Source: Coraliomargarita sp. (lineage in GTDB: Bacteria; Verrucomicrobiota; Verrucomicrobiia; Opitutales; Coraliomargaritaceae). From it: a stretch of 64,000 bases of DNA. The DNA lies in assembly GCA_965216325.1 (NCBI GenBank), contig OZ244160.1:2688001-2752000 (forward strand). Direction: 5' to 3'. Below the pieces are notes generated by a model, which worked only from the letters and a program-made list of their open reading frames with translations, did no database searches and had not been told where the DNA came from. Shown here piece by piece: positions 43,317-54,586 of the stretch. A program made the translations under genes and the position numbers. The number at the start of each line of letters is the position of its first letter. Within the stretch, counting starts at the first letter, position 1.

Positions 43317-44821
43317 TGAACGAACTGCTTGCTGAATTTCTTCGCGGTTATACCGACACTAACGATTGGCTGGCCATCCTGCCAGAAATCCTTTTGGCGC
43401 TCCTCGCACTGGGATTACTTGGTGCCGAAATGATTTTGCCGAAGGCGCGAGCTGCGCTGGTGGGTCGTATTGCAATTATTGGACAGTTGCTCATTCTCGC
43501 ACTGGTTGTGTTTGGCTGTGGCTGCATGACTGGCAGTGAGGGCACTGCACTCTTTAGTGGCATGATCGAACAAACTGAACTGACGCAGATCATGCGTCGC
43601 TTCTTCTTGGTGAGTTCGATTCTCGTTTGTTTCCTTGGACAGAGCTATCTCTCTAAGCAGCCACTGGCAAAGACAGAGTTCTATCACTTGGTGATTTTGG
43701 TGGCGGCTGCGATGATGCTGCTGGTGCAGAGTAGCAACTTTGTGATGCTTTTTGTTGCTCTGGAAACAGTGACTGTCGCATTCTACGTATTGGTCGCCTA
43801 TGGCCGCAACAGTAGCTTCTCATTGGAAGCTGGTCTGAAGTATTTGATCCTCGGTGCGATGAGCTCTGCGATTTTGCTATTTGGCATCGTGTTGCTCTAC
43901 GGTGTGGCGGGAAATCCGGAATACCGTTTTGCCAGTGCGGATTCGCTCAATTTTCATGAATTGCAGGGCTTTATCGGTATCTACCAAGAGGAGCTGTTGA
44001 TTAAGGTCGGTGCGTTATTGGTTGTTGCTGGTATCTGCTTCAAAATCGGTGCGGTGCCTTTCCAAATCTGGGTTCCCGATGTCTACCAAGGTGCACCGAC
44101 TCCAGTGACTGCCTACCTAGCGGTTGCTTCAAAGGCTGCCGGTTTTGTGGTGTTGATTCAGTTGATCAACGGCCCATTCGTAACCATGGGATCATTCCTG
44201 ATTCCGATTCTATCCTTCGTCGCTGCGGCAACCATTCTATTTGGCAACATCGCTGCAGTGACTCAGCGCAATGTGAAGCGTATGATGGGGCTTTCCGGTA
44301 TAGCGCATGCTGGTTACTTGCTGGTTGGAGTGGTTGCCTATCTTGCCGGAGTTGAAATGGCCAAGTATGCGATCTTGTTTTATTTGGTAACCTACTTACT
44401 CGGATCGTTCACTGTTTTCGGTGTAATGTCTGAAGTGTCAGGAACTGCAGATGCGGATCAAGAACTGGAGCACTATAAAAACCTCGCACGCAGAAATCCA
44501 TTTCTCAGTGGTGTGCTAGCCTGTGGCCTTGGTTCGCTTGCCGGGATCCCGCCCTTGGGGGGATTTATCGGTAAGCTGTTCCTCTTCATCGCAGCCTTCA
44601 AGGCGGGGCTTCATGGTTTGCTTGCGGTTTCGATCCTCGGTGTGGTGATTTCTATCTACTACTACTTTGGATGGATTCGTGAGTGTTATTTCGCCAACGG
44701 CAGTGAAGTGGTGCAGGATCAAAGCGGCACCGTTTCGCTCAACACACGTCTGGTGCTTGGTTTGCTCGTAGTTGCCACAGTTGCGTTTGGTGTCTTCCCG
44801 GGCTTCTTCCCGGTGATGTAG
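43316..44821 (+). CDS. nuoN: NADH-quinone oxidoreductase subunit N
   Basis: EAGLKY, FKIGAVPFQIWVPDVYQGAP, SLAGIPP. Confidence 0.97.
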   Translation: MNELLAEFLRGYTDTNDWLAILPEILLALLALGLLGAEMILPKARAALVGRIAIIGQLLILALVVFGCGCMTGSEGTALFSGMIEQTELTQIMRRFFLVSSILVCFLGQSYLSKQPLAKTEFYHLVILVAAAMMLLVQSSNFVMLFVALETVTVAFYVLVAYGRNSSFSLEAGLKYLILGAMSSAILLFGIVLLYGVAGNPEYRFASADSLNFHELQGFIGIYQEELLIKVGALLVVAGICFKIGAVPFQIWVPDVYQGAPTPVTAYLAVASKAAGFVVLIQLINGPFVTMGSFLIPILSFVAAATILFGNIAAVTQRNVKRMMGLSGIAHAGYLLVGVVAYLAGVEMAKYAILFYLVTYLLGSFTVFGVMSEVSGTADADQELEHYKNLARRNPFLSGVLACGLGSLAGIPPLGGFIGKLFLFIAAFKAGLHGLLAVSILGVVISIYYYFGWIRECYFANGSEVVQDQSGTVSLNTRLVLGLLVVATVAFGVFPGFFPVM

Positions 44822-44845
44822 TTTGAGCACAGCTCTGATCTTTTC

Positions 44846-44880
44846 AGGCCCGAAGCGCTTCCTGCGATTCGGGCCTTTTT
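44846..44880 (+). terminator. Intrinsic terminator after nuoN
   Basis: AGGCCCGAA...TTCGGGCCT followed by a T run. Confidence 0.75.
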
Positions 44881-44890
44881 ATCGACGTTT

Positions 44891-44955
44891 GTAGGGGCTC
44901 TGTTTGCGGAGCCCGCCGTTAGAGAATGCAGGGGCGTCGCAAGCAACGCCCCTGC
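44891..44955. repeat. GTAG REP doublet
   Basis: GTAGGGGCTC...GAGCCCGC and GGGGCGTCGCAAGCAACGCCCC. Confidence 0.75.
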
Positions 44956-44966
44956 GACTGAAGTTT

Positions 44967-45947
44967 CTACAGTGTGAAAAACAGTAGCAGTAGAAACGCG
45001 CAGGGGTAGGCCCATTTAAAGAGCTCATTCCACTGTCTGGTGTGGGCTTCGTCGCCACGGCTGTGCGCCTTAATTACGATGACGACCCCAATGAGTCCGA
45101 CTAGCACAATCAGGGTCGATCCGAGTAGGAAGTAATCCATCTTCGTCAGGTAGGGAAGATTGGGGAGCTCCTTCTGGATGACAAAGCGATGGGCAATCAG
45201 CGTCAGCATGGAGGTGACGGAGATACTGACACGCGGATTGATTGCACTCGGGTCGATCCAGAAGACCATCCATGCCATGCACACAATAATGGCTGCGGAG
45301 CTAAATACGGTGCCGATATAATATCCGATATAGCGCTCAGCATGTAGTTCGATGCGCACGCCTGGAATGTCTTGGCCTAGTTGCGGTAGGTGGTAGGACG
45401 CGGCCTTGAATTCAACCTCGCCGATCGCCCAGTCGGATATGGAGAGCAACTCGGAACGGCCGAGTAGCTTGGTCGTATTCTTGAAGGTGATATCCCCCAT
45501 TCTAAGGCCGCTAGTGACAAAGTGGATGTAGAGGGTCTGTTCATCATCTGGAAACTCCTTGAGGTCGAACTGAGCGGTGAAATTTCCACGGAGTCTTTGT
45601 TTATAAGTCACGATTCCTTCCGGAGTGATTTCCAATGCTTCAGGCAGCGTGTTGGCCGCGTCTCGAAGGTTGGTGATTTGAATATTCGGATGCCAAACCT
45701 CGTTCAGTGGCACAATCCGGTTGTTTTCATCGTCAGTCACTAAGCGTGGATCCGACCACTCAAACTCGGTTGCGACATCCATCGCGAACGACTTTTTTGC
45801 GCCATCGATACCGAGCACATCGATCACATACGCGCCGACCTCTACCTCAATGGGGCCATCGTGTGGAGGCTCAGTGATCGGCTGGCCATGCGCCGAAAGG
45901 TGGGGCAAGGCAAACGATAGCAGGGTTAGACTAAGCAGGCGTAACAT
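44967..45947 (-). CDS. Prokaryotic pentameric ligand-gated ion channel (GLIC/ELIC-like)
   Basis: Signal peptide; PIEV, WSDPRL, VWHPNI, Pro-loop DLKEFPDDEQ, pre-M1 Arg, four TM helices with LPYLT M2-M3 loop. Confidence 0.88.
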   Translation of the reverse strand: MLRLLSLTLLSFALPHLSAHGQPITEPPHDGPIEVEVGAYVIDVLGIDGAKKSFAMDVATEFEWSDPRLVTDDENNRIVPLNEVWHPNIQITNLRDAANTLPEALEITPEGIVTYKQRLRGNFTAQFDLKEFPDDEQTLYIHFVTSGLRMGDITFKNTTKLLGRSELLSISDWAIGEVEFKAASYHLPQLGQDIPGVRIELHAERYIGYYIGTVFSSAAIIVCMAWMVFWIDPSAINPRVSISVTSMLTLIAHRFVIQKELPNLPYLTKMDYFLLGSTLIVLVGLIGVVIVIKAHSRGDEAHTRQWNELFKWAYPCAFLLLLFFTL

Positions 45948-45960
45948 GGCTGACAAAGCT

Positions 45961-45988
45961 ATTGTAAGCGCAAGTTAGACTAGGTCAA
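45961..45988 (-). promoter_or_regulatory. Sigma70-like promoter of the channel gene
   Basis: TTGACC-N16-TACAAT on the minus strand, 13 nt before the ATG. Confidence 0.6.
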
Positions 45989-46131
45989 GACGCGCGATTG
46001 TTATCGAAAACTGAGAAATCTAGCTGGGGTGTCGTGTGCGCACTTGTGCGTCACTAAGAAGCCAGAGGTCAACATTTTTTGAGTGGTGCATCCACAAGTG
46101 GAGCACCTACGACTTGGTGTCTTTTGCCTTA

Positions 46132-47094
46132 TTACGCGAAGTGCTTTTGCGAAAAGGCGACGCGGTCAGACGGGCGGGACAAAATGCGCTCTTTACGGCT
46201 GAGTCCTTCAATGAGCTTAAGTCGTGTCAGCAGGCCGATGTTGTTTGCGACCTGGATCGCGAGTCCTGGCCGTGCGTTAAGCTCCAGAATGAGGGGGCCG
46301 AGGTCCTTATCTAGCACGATGTCAGCGCCGAGGTAGCCGAGTTCGGTCATTTCGTAGCACTGAGCGGAGAGGTCGACGAGTTCGTCCCAGTGGGGGACTT
46401 CAAGCGTGCGCAGATCTTTACCGGTGTCAGGGTGATGCGTTACAGGTTTGCCATGTTGCACCGCACTGCGGGCTTTTCCGGTTACAATGTCGATTCCTAC
46501 GCCAACGGCCCCTTGGTGGAGGTTGGCTTTACCGTCGGACGATTCGGTGGAAAGTCGCATCATTGCCATTACTGGATAGCCTTGAAATACGATAACGCGT
46601 ATGTCTGGCACTCCTTGATAGGAGAATCCATCAAATGCGTCACTGAACTTGATTGCGTATTCGATCAGTGCCTTGTCATTGCGTCCGCCCAAGCTGTAGA
46701 GTCCGCTGAGCGTATTGTTCACGTGTCTTCGCAGGTCGAGGATTGTGAGCTTATCACCATTGGGTTTGAGGAAGTATTCACCCTCACGGCCAAGGATCAC
46801 GAGGATGCCTTTGCCGGCACTGCCTTGTGAGGGCTTGATGACGAACTGGTTGTGGCCCTCGAGTATTTTCTCAAGTTGTTTTACTTCGTATTGATGGCGG
46901 ATGACCCCGTAGAGTTTTGGCACGTTGATACCGAACTCGGTGGCGAGGCGCTTGGTCTCATATTTGTCGTCGACTCGTGGGTAGAGTTCGCGACGGTTGT
47001 AGCGAGCGATGTAGGAGCCATTGCGCTGGTTCATGCCGATGATGCCACGCTTGTGAAGCGCGCTCGGCATGCACCACTGAAATCCACCAATCAT
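46132..47094 (-). CDS. Alpha-L-glutamate ligase-like ATP-grasp protein (RimK-related)
   Basis: GMNQRN...YPRVDDK, FVIKPSQGSAGKGI, GVPDIR, KANLHQGA, LELNARPGLAIQ. Confidence 0.93.
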   Translation of the reverse strand: MIGGFQWCMPSALHKRGIIGMNQRNGSYIARYNRRELYPRVDDKYETKRLATEFGINVPKLYGVIRHQYEVKQLEKILEGHNQFVIKPSQGSAGKGILVILGREGEYFLKPNGDKLTILDLRRHVNNTLSGLYSLGGRNDKALIEYAIKFSDAFDGFSYQGVPDIRVIVFQGYPVMAMMRLSTESSDGKANLHQGAVGVGIDIVTGKARSAVQHGKPVTHHPDTGKDLRTLEVPHWDELVDLSAQCYEMTELGYLGADIVLDKDLGPLILELNARPGLAIQVANNIGLLTRLKLIEGLSRKERILSRPSDRVAFSQKHFA

Positions 47095-48659
47095 ACTTGG
47101 CCCTCCGTGTCTTGTTTTGCCATTGGCGCGAAGCGAATGAGCTCAGTCAAACGATAGCCGGAATATTGACCGAGCGAGAGAATCACAGCCAGCACGACGA
47201 GCAGTAACTCAGGGAAAATAAATACCTGATAGCGCAGCGTCGGGTGTGCCATGACTAAATAGGCGAGCACCGCGACAAAGAGGCTGCCGCCGGTTTGGGT
47301 GGCCACTTCCTTCGGGCCGTCTTCTTCCCACAGCACTGAGAGGCGCTCAACGGTCCAAGCCAAAATGATGGTCGGGAACAGGGTGACCGACTGCATGATG
47401 TCGATGTTGAACTTGGTGCCGAAGATACCGAAGCCTACCATGATACCGATCACGACTACCACGACTGCAGAGATGCGTGGCACCAAGAGCAGGTCCAATT
47501 TGGACAGATAGGAGCGCATGGTCAGACCCGCGCCCACGACAATGATGAATAGGCAGATGCCCGGCAGCAGCTCAGTCTTGAGGAAGGCCATGGCCAAGAG
47601 AATGGGCATAAAGGTTCCGGAGGTTTTGATGCCGATGATATTACGTAGGATCACCACGACCAGCGCGCCAAATGGAATCATCAGCAGGAGACGGTAGGAG
47701 TTCTGCTGTTCGATCGAGAGAGAGGTGAGCGAGAAATCGGTCAGACGGTTGTCCATTTGACGCGCGGCTTGTTCCAGGACGAAGTCGGCTGCCAAATCTT
47801 GTTTCGCGACAGCGAAATCGACACGTGCATTGCGGCCACCATAGAGCTCGATGAGGGCTGGGCCACCACGCTGCCATGCGAGCAGTTGTTGGCCAGATTC
47901 CAGTGGTAGCGGATTGCCCCATTCGAATGCTTTGTGTGTCTCTTTCTCTCGATCGATGACGAAGACGATCGGTGTGAGCGTTTGACGTGAGGTGCTCTCG
48001 CCCAGTTTGAGCACGCGCAGAATATGTGATTCGTAGCCAGCCTTAATAATCAGCGTATTCAAGAGTTTGATACGGTCGAGCGGGGTCTTCGCGACATTAA
48101 GTAGGGTCTGGACATTTTGGTTCTCTTCGTTGTCGAGCAATTGAATGAGTTGACTGGTAAAGGTCTCGATGTCGGCCGAGCGTTGCTTGGCTTTTGTAAT
48201 CAGCTCCTCAGTTGCGACGGCAAACTTACCTTCGTCGTAGCGAGTGTCTGGCTCAACGTTCGGAGAGCTTAGGTCGAGTTTGTCGAGGCCCGGTTTTTCG
48301 TAGACGTCGATACGGTAGTAGAGTTCTTGCCAGCCACTCGCGCCTTCTTTGGACCATGTGACTTTGCGGTAGAAGTCGGTTTGGGCGTCGCGTTCCGGGG
48401 CGGAGGTGTAACCAAAGCCTTCCGAAGAAGCGGTTTCTTTCAGAATGCCGAAGTCGGACTGTTCGCCAGGAACGGCGAAGTTCAGCTTGATCGGGTCGCC
48501 CGTCGCACGGAAGGTGATTTTGGCCTCAATCGACCAGATCGAAATCTGTTCTTTGGGGAAGAGGGGATAGCCGACTCTGAAGTGCTTGGTTAGGGCGAGC
48601 CCTAAGCCGACGAAGACCAGACCCAGTATGAGAATGCGTAATTGGACTTTTGCGTTCAT
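47091..48659 (-). CDS. Inactive transglutaminase domain fused to 7TM membrane domain
   Basis: N-terminal TM, WSIEAKITF periplasmic domain, GIKTSGTFMP, LLLVPRISAV, FPTIILAWTVER, GYRLTELIRF. Confidence 0.9.
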   Translation of the reverse strand: MNAKVQLRILILGLVFVGLGLALTKHFRVGYPLFPKEQISIWSIEAKITFRATGDPIKLNFAVPGEQSDFGILKETASSEGFGYTSAPERDAQTDFYRKVTWSKEGASGWQELYYRIDVYEKPGLDKLDLSSPNVEPDTRYDEGKFAVATEELITKAKQRSADIETFTSQLIQLLDNEENQNVQTLLNVAKTPLDRIKLLNTLIIKAGYESHILRVLKLGESTSRQTLTPIVFVIDREKETHKAFEWGNPLPLESGQQLLAWQRGGPALIELYGGRNARVDFAVAKQDLAADFVLEQAARQMDNRLTDFSLTSLSIEQQNSYRLLLMIPFGALVVVILRNIIGIKTSGTFMPILLAMAFLKTELLPGICLFIIVVGAGLTMRSYLSKLDLLLVPRISAVVVVVIGIMVGFGIFGTKFNIDIMQSVTLFPTIILAWTVERLSVLWEEDGPKEVATQTGGSLFVAVLAYLVMAHPTLRYQVFIFPELLLVVLAVILSLGQYSGYRLTELIRFAPMAKQDTEGQV

Positions 48660-48669
48660 GCGGACTCGA

Positions 48670-49203
48670 TCATTTAGGGGTGATTTTGCTGCGTCGTTTA
48701 CCGAGCAGGTAGCTCTGGTTAACGTCCACTACCGCTTGCCCACGAAGTAGGTTGCGGCCGACCAGAAGCGGATAGGTGTAATTTGCGCGGTCAGCCAATG
48801 AGAACTCTACTTTGGCTTCCTTGTTGTCGATGACGACGGTGAGCTTAACGACGTAACGTTCCTGGCTGTCAAATCCATGGCGTTTGATCTGGGCGACGCG
48901 TGTGACGCGGCGTTCAAGTTCAATGCGTTCCTTGCTCTTAAAGTTAACCAACTTGAATTTGACCCAGCTTTCACTGTCTCGTTCGAAGGGAATGATTTCT
49001 TCGGCGTGAATGGAGCAGGTGGTGGCTCCGGTATCGATACGCGAATCGTAGGCGTAGTCGGAATCTTTGATATAGATATACTCGGTTTCGCCGACCATCA
49101 GAATCTGCTCTTCTGCCGCGTCACTCTGTGCCACTGCCGTGGCCGCTGATAGACAAAAAAAAGGCAGGAGCAGCAACAGTTTGAGACATTGCGGGAGTTG
49201 CAT
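48670..49203 (-). CDS. Secreted retropepsin-like aspartic peptidase (RimB / 'ATP-dependent Zn protease' family)
   Basis: Signal peptide; [28 protein letters not shown]. Confidence 0.9.
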   Translation of the reverse strand: MQLPQCLKLLLLLPFFCLSAATAVAQSDAAEEQILMVGETEYIYIKDSDYAYDSRIDTGATTCSIHAEEIIPFERDSESWVKFKLVNFKSKERIELERRVTRVAQIKRHGFDSQERYVVKLTVVIDNKEAKVEFSLADRANYTYPLLVGRNLLRGQAVVDVNQSYLLGKRRSKITPK

Positions 49204-49227
49204 GTCCGTATTGATAGCGCAGATACG

Positions 49228-49254
49228 AAAAAGGGCAAGGAGAAGTCCTTGCCC
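49228..49254 (-). terminator. Intrinsic terminator after metY
   Basis: GGGCAAGGA-loop-TCCTTGCCC followed by TTTT on the minus strand. Confidence 0.75.
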
Positions 49255-49283
49255 AGTGTTAAACGAAACGTTGCTGAGATCGG

Positions 49284-50591
<1,308 letters not shown>

Positions 50592-50599
50592 GGTGCTAT

Positions 50600-52234
50600 T
50601 TAATTGGAGTTTGGTCTAGTTGAGTTGTTTACGGGTGTGTCACCTGATCGGCGTTTACGCGTGTTCCGAGCCTCTCTACTTAAGGCGAGCGACTCCATTA
50701 ATTGAGCGGCTTCTTCGATGACGAATGCCTCTTTGTGTTCATCGCGAACCAGTATACGATACTCGCGTAAAGCATTGTTCTTTTGGCCCACTTTCACGTA
50801 GTAGCGAGCCAAGAGCAGTCGCTCGTCATAAAGCTTTGGATTCAATTCGATGATAGACTCCAGCATCTTGATAGCTGGCTGCAGTTCTGTATCTGCGACG
50901 TCATCACTCAGTGTATACTCGAGCAGGGCTACTTTGGAGCGCCAAGAGTCTGGCCACTGTTCTGCTTGGAGGCGCCACATTTCAGCAGGCTGCCCAAGCG
51001 CATAGCTCCACGAGCCACTGATGAGCACTTCTAGGGTAAGCACCAAGCTAATCGCAACATACCAAAGGCCTTTTGCTGCAAACTCTAATTTAAGAACTAG
51101 ACTACGGGAACCGGTGACGATCAACGCGAGTAGGGCGGGTAGCGCGACGTAGAAATGATGTTCTTCGTGCGCCTGTATCCCATCGAAATTATATCCGAAA
51201 CTAAATAATGCTGGCAATAGGAGTGCGAGAAATGACGTAAGGCCTAGCAATAATCCTCGGCTCCAGCGTTTTCGGAACTGAAACAAGGCGAGAGCATAAA
51301 ATGGCAACAAAACGCAAAATGGCAGTAGGTTTGCTTCGATGCTGTGGGATTGCAGATTGCTGAAGTCGTAGGGGTAAAACAGCGCAGGTGTCGCAGATCC
51401 GAGTGAGCGTCCTAGGTAGAAAAATAAATTCTGGCCGGCATGAGTGCTCCATTCTGAACTGTTGCTGAAGTGCTCGCTTGAAGCGCTTGGATCCGGTGCA
51501 TTGTGCACCCAGGCAGCAGTTAGTATACTAATACATAATAGCGGTAGGACTGCATTGAAGTCATGTGCATGAATGTCATGGCTTTTGAGGTATACAATCA
51601 GGCCGAGGATGATCGGAATGGCTGCAGCTGAGGGGTGTAGCACTCCGGCGATTACGGTGAGGGCGAGTGCCAGAGTATAATCGAGTCCGTGCCGGATACG
51701 TATTCCAAACCGCAGGGCCAATAGGATGAATATAAGACCAATCAGTTCATGCCGATAGCCCCACATAAAAAGTGTTTGTGTGAGTGCGGGGTGGAGTGCG
51801 AAGACCAAGCTGGTGGTATAGGCACCCGGTAGTTTGAGTGCTTGAAGCACATGGAGCAGCAGTAAGGCTGCACTCAAGTGCAGGCATAGGTTGATTAAAC
51901 GGTGAGAGAATGCTGGATCCAGTGGTATCAAGCGCTCAAGGAAATAGCTGCTTACGCTAAGTGGGTTCTCGCTACGAATAGCATCGAGAGTCCACGCATC
52001 TTGCCAGCGCTCAATGGATTGATACGTGCTACGCTCTACAATATCATGTTCGGACCAGAGAATTGGGGATTGTAACATCGACCCAAACACTCCGAAGACG
52101 GCCACGATAAGCATCAGGTGAGCAAATAGGCCAGCACGCTTATAGGTCCGTTCGCGCTTGTTACGACACCGTGTTTCCTCTTCGGGAAGTGCCGTGGCAG
52201 GTTCTGTGGTTGAAGTCGTCACAGCTTGAATCAA
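50600..52234 (-). CDS. TMTC-like GT-C membrane protein with C-terminal TPRs (degenerate motifs; start uncertain)
   Basis: [15 protein letters not shown], about 11 TM helices, helical TPR-like tail. Confidence 0.7.
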   Translation of the reverse strand: MIQAVTTSTTEPATALPEEETRCRNKRERTYKRAGLFAHLMLIVAVFGVFGSMLQSPILWSEHDIVERSTYQSIERWQDAWTLDAIRSENPLSVSSYFLERLIPLDPAFSHRLINLCLHLSAALLLLHVLQALKLPGAYTTSLVFALHPALTQTLFMWGYRHELIGLIFILLALRFGIRIRHGLDYTLALALTVIAGVLHPSAAAIPIILGLIVYLKSHDIHAHDFNAVLPLLCISILTAAWVHNAPDPSASSEHFSNSSEWSTHAGQNLFFYLGRSLGSATPALFYPYDFSNLQSHSIEANLLPFCVLLPFYALALFQFRKRWSRGLLLGLTSFLALLLPALFSFGYNFDGIQAHEEHHFYVALPALLALIVTGSRSLVLKLEFAAKGLWYVAISLVLTLEVLISGSWSYALGQPAEMWRLQAEQWPDSWRSKVALLEYTLSDDVADTELQPAIKMLESIIELNPKLYDERLLLARYYVKVGQKNNALREYRILVRDEHKEAFVIEEAAQLMESLALSREARNTRKRRSGDTPVNNSTRPNSN

Positions 52235-52246
52235 TGGCGTAGTCAG

Positions 52247-52759
52247 TTATTGAAGTGGGTATCGATCTGTTTTGAGTCCGCGTGCTTCAATCGCTGAACG
52301 GAGTGCTTCCATCTCCAGTTGTGCGCCGAGCCTGACTTGATTGCGTTCAAACCAGCCGCGATTCATTTCGATCACGATGACGACTTCCTGGGAGCGTGAG
52401 GGCACCGCGACTTCATCGTAGGGATACAGCTTATGCAGCTCTAAAAGAGTGCCACTGGCATCTAGATAAGCGAGATCGAGTGGTATACGTGTATTACGCA
52501 TCCAGAATCCGCGTGGGGCAATATCCTCGAAGACGAAGAGCATGCCGTGATCGGGGTCCAAGCTTTCACGATACATCAGCCCCTTGGAGCGCTCTGCTTG
52601 GTGGAGCGCAAGTTGCAGATGTAGGGTCTTATCTGCCAATTGTATGGGGAAATAGGTGCTTGGAGCCTGGCGTTCAGCTTGGATGGGCTCCTCGGTCTCA
52701 TTACAGCCACTAAACAGTGCAATCAGAATCAGTAAGGGATATACGCGTAAAATGTTCAT
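52247..52759 (-). CDS. DUF192 family lipoprotein
   Basis: Lipobox LFSGC; GLMYR...GMLFVF, FWMRNTRIPLD. Confidence 0.92.
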   Translation of the reverse strand: MNILRVYPLLILIALFSGCNETEEPIQAERQAPSTYFPIQLADKTLHLQLALHQAERSKGLMYRESLDPDHGMLFVFEDIAPRGFWMRNTRIPLDLAYLDASGTLLELHKLYPYDEVAVPSRSQEVVIVIEMNRGWFERNQVRLGAQLEMEALRSAIEARGLKTDRYPLQ

Positions 52760-52833
52760 GAGACTGTGTTCGACTGGATCGAGGCGTGACAGCAAGGGTA
52801 ATAAAGCGAAAATACATAGAGAAATCCTACACG

Positions 52834-53979
52834 ATGAAAAGTAAAACCTCTGTGCTTCGCCTTCTTTATGCAGCTTCCGAACAGTCTGCAGACCTCTTCT
52901 ACTTAGCCGGTGTTTTTGTGCCGGACCCGTTTATTGCGCTGGTGCATCAGGGGAAGTCTTTGGCCGTGGTCAGTCAGTTGGAATTTACACGGGTTAAAGC
53001 GACCTCGAAGTTCGACGAGGTGCTGCTTTTAGATGCGGTCAGGCGCGATGCGGCGAAGGCCCTGCGCTTGGAGTCGGCGAAGGTGGGCACTGCCGAGATG
53101 ATGTATCATTTGATCAAACGGAGCAAAGCGCGTCTGGTCGAAGTGCCAGAGGCCTTTCCCGCCCTATATTATTCGAAACTACAGGAATTCGGTGTTCAAT
53201 TAACGGTCGGCAGTGATCCGTTTTTTGCTGCGCGTGACTGTAAGAACGACGAGGAGGCTAAGGCTATTCGTGAGGGGAATGCTGCCAGTGCGGCGGGGAT
53301 CCGAGTTGCTGAGCAAGTGCTGCGGGACTCGGTTATCGAGGGCAAACGCCTCAGATATCAAGGCCGCACGCTCACCTCAGAGCGACTGCGTTGCCTGATC
53401 GATCAAGCTTGTTTGGCTAAAGGGGCGATTGCGCAGAATACCATCGTCGCTGGCGGTAAACAGGGCTGTGATCCACACGAAGGTGGGCATGGCCCATTGA
53501 AACCGAACGAGCTGATCATCGTCGATGTCTTTCCACGCGTGCAAAAGACCGGATATCATGGAGATATGACACGCACCTTTTTGAAGGGGCGCGCAAACGA
53601 GGCGCAACGTGCACTGGTCGCTGCAGTCCGCAAAGCGCAGCAAGCCGCTCTTCAGCGTGTAAAGGCCAGTGTGACTGGTGCTAAAGTGCATCAGGCTGCA
53701 TGTGATATCTTCAACGAGCAGGGCTTCGTCACCGAGCGCCGTGGGGATACTTTTGTCGGCTTTATTCATTCGACGGGCCATGGCCTCGGTCTTGAAGTGC
53801 ATGAGTCGCCACGCGTTTCTGTCGGGGCGCCCCGCTTAAAGACCGGGCAGGTTATCACGATTGAGCCAGGTCTTTATTATCCTGAGATCGGAGGCTGTCG
53901 AATTGAGGACGTTGTGCGTGTCACGAAGGGGGGCAGCGAGTTACTATCGTCCTGCCACTATCGTTGGGAGATCAAGTAA
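52834..53979 (+). CDS. Xaa-Pro aminopeptidase (M24 family)
   Basis: IIVDVFP, GDMTRT, HSTGHGLGLEVHE, TIEPGLY, RIED. Confidence 0.95.
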   Translation: MKSKTSVLRLLYAASEQSADLFYLAGVFVPDPFIALVHQGKSLAVVSQLEFTRVKATSKFDEVLLLDAVRRDAAKALRLESAKVGTAEMMYHLIKRSKARLVEVPEAFPALYYSKLQEFGVQLTVGSDPFFAARDCKNDEEAKAIREGNAASAAGIRVAEQVLRDSVIEGKRLRYQGRTLTSERLRCLIDQACLAKGAIAQNTIVAGGKQGCDPHEGGHGPLKPNELIIVDVFPRVQKTGYHGDMTRTFLKGRANEAQRALVAAVRKAQQAALQRVKASVTGAKVHQAACDIFNEQGFVTERRGDTFVGFIHSTGHGLGLEVHESPRVSVGAPRLKTGQVITIEPGLYYPEIGGCRIEDVVRVTKGGSELLSSCHYRWEIK

Positions 53980-54004
53980 ACAAACTTGGCGGAGAGGCAG
54001 TGCG

Positions 54005-54364
54005 CTAGGATGCGCGGTCCAAGCGTTGTTGCAGATCCTCTTCGTCTTGCTCAACACGAGCTTCGCGCTCGGTTAACTCCAGACTTCGGCGAACGAGTTC
54101 ATCTTCACAGTGCTCGATGTAGGATTCCCGTTCATTGAGCTCTGCTTCGCGTTGATCCAGTTGCTCTTTAATCGTAGCCAGTTGCTTCTCGGAATGTGTA
54201 AGTTCTCTGGGGGCTGGTTTCGGTTTTCTATCAAACGAACCTTCCAGAGTGTGACCGGGAGAAGAGACGCCTCTAGAATCCGGCATTTCCAATTTCAGCA
54301 CCAGTTTACGAGTCTGCGGTCGTGGTGGCGGTGGTGGTAGCTTGCGAGGGTCGAAGTTATTCAT
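54005..54364 (-). CDS. Hypothetical protein with proline-rich N-terminus and coiled coil
   Basis: ATG-initiated ORF filling the gap; heptad-rich E/R/Q C-terminus. Confidence 0.75.
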   Translation of the reverse strand: MNNFDPRKLPPPPPRPQTRKLVLKLEMPDSRGVSSPGHTLEGSFDRKPKPAPRELTHSEKQLATIKEQLDQREAELNERESYIEHCEDELVRRSLELTEREARVEQDEEDLQQRLDRAS

Positions 54365-54586
54365 CGCAGTTATAAACTTAGCCTATAATGCGCGTGAATC
54401 TAGGCCTATACGAAGCCTCCTCCTTCTTTTACATCTTTCTTATTTAATTCTACGTTATTGAATTCACCATCAAGCAGAAACGCCCCTGCTTTTGTCTGCG
54501 TTATACTACGTATAAGTATTTTAAATGTCCTGCATTGTTGTGTAAGGGGCTGCAGTCCAATGGCATCTGTGGTTTTTTTTGTCGGC

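Noticed and set aside
54365..54586. AT-rich spacer considered as an origin or foreign DNA
   Set aside because: No DnaA-box cluster or mobility genes; consistent with a promoter/terminator region
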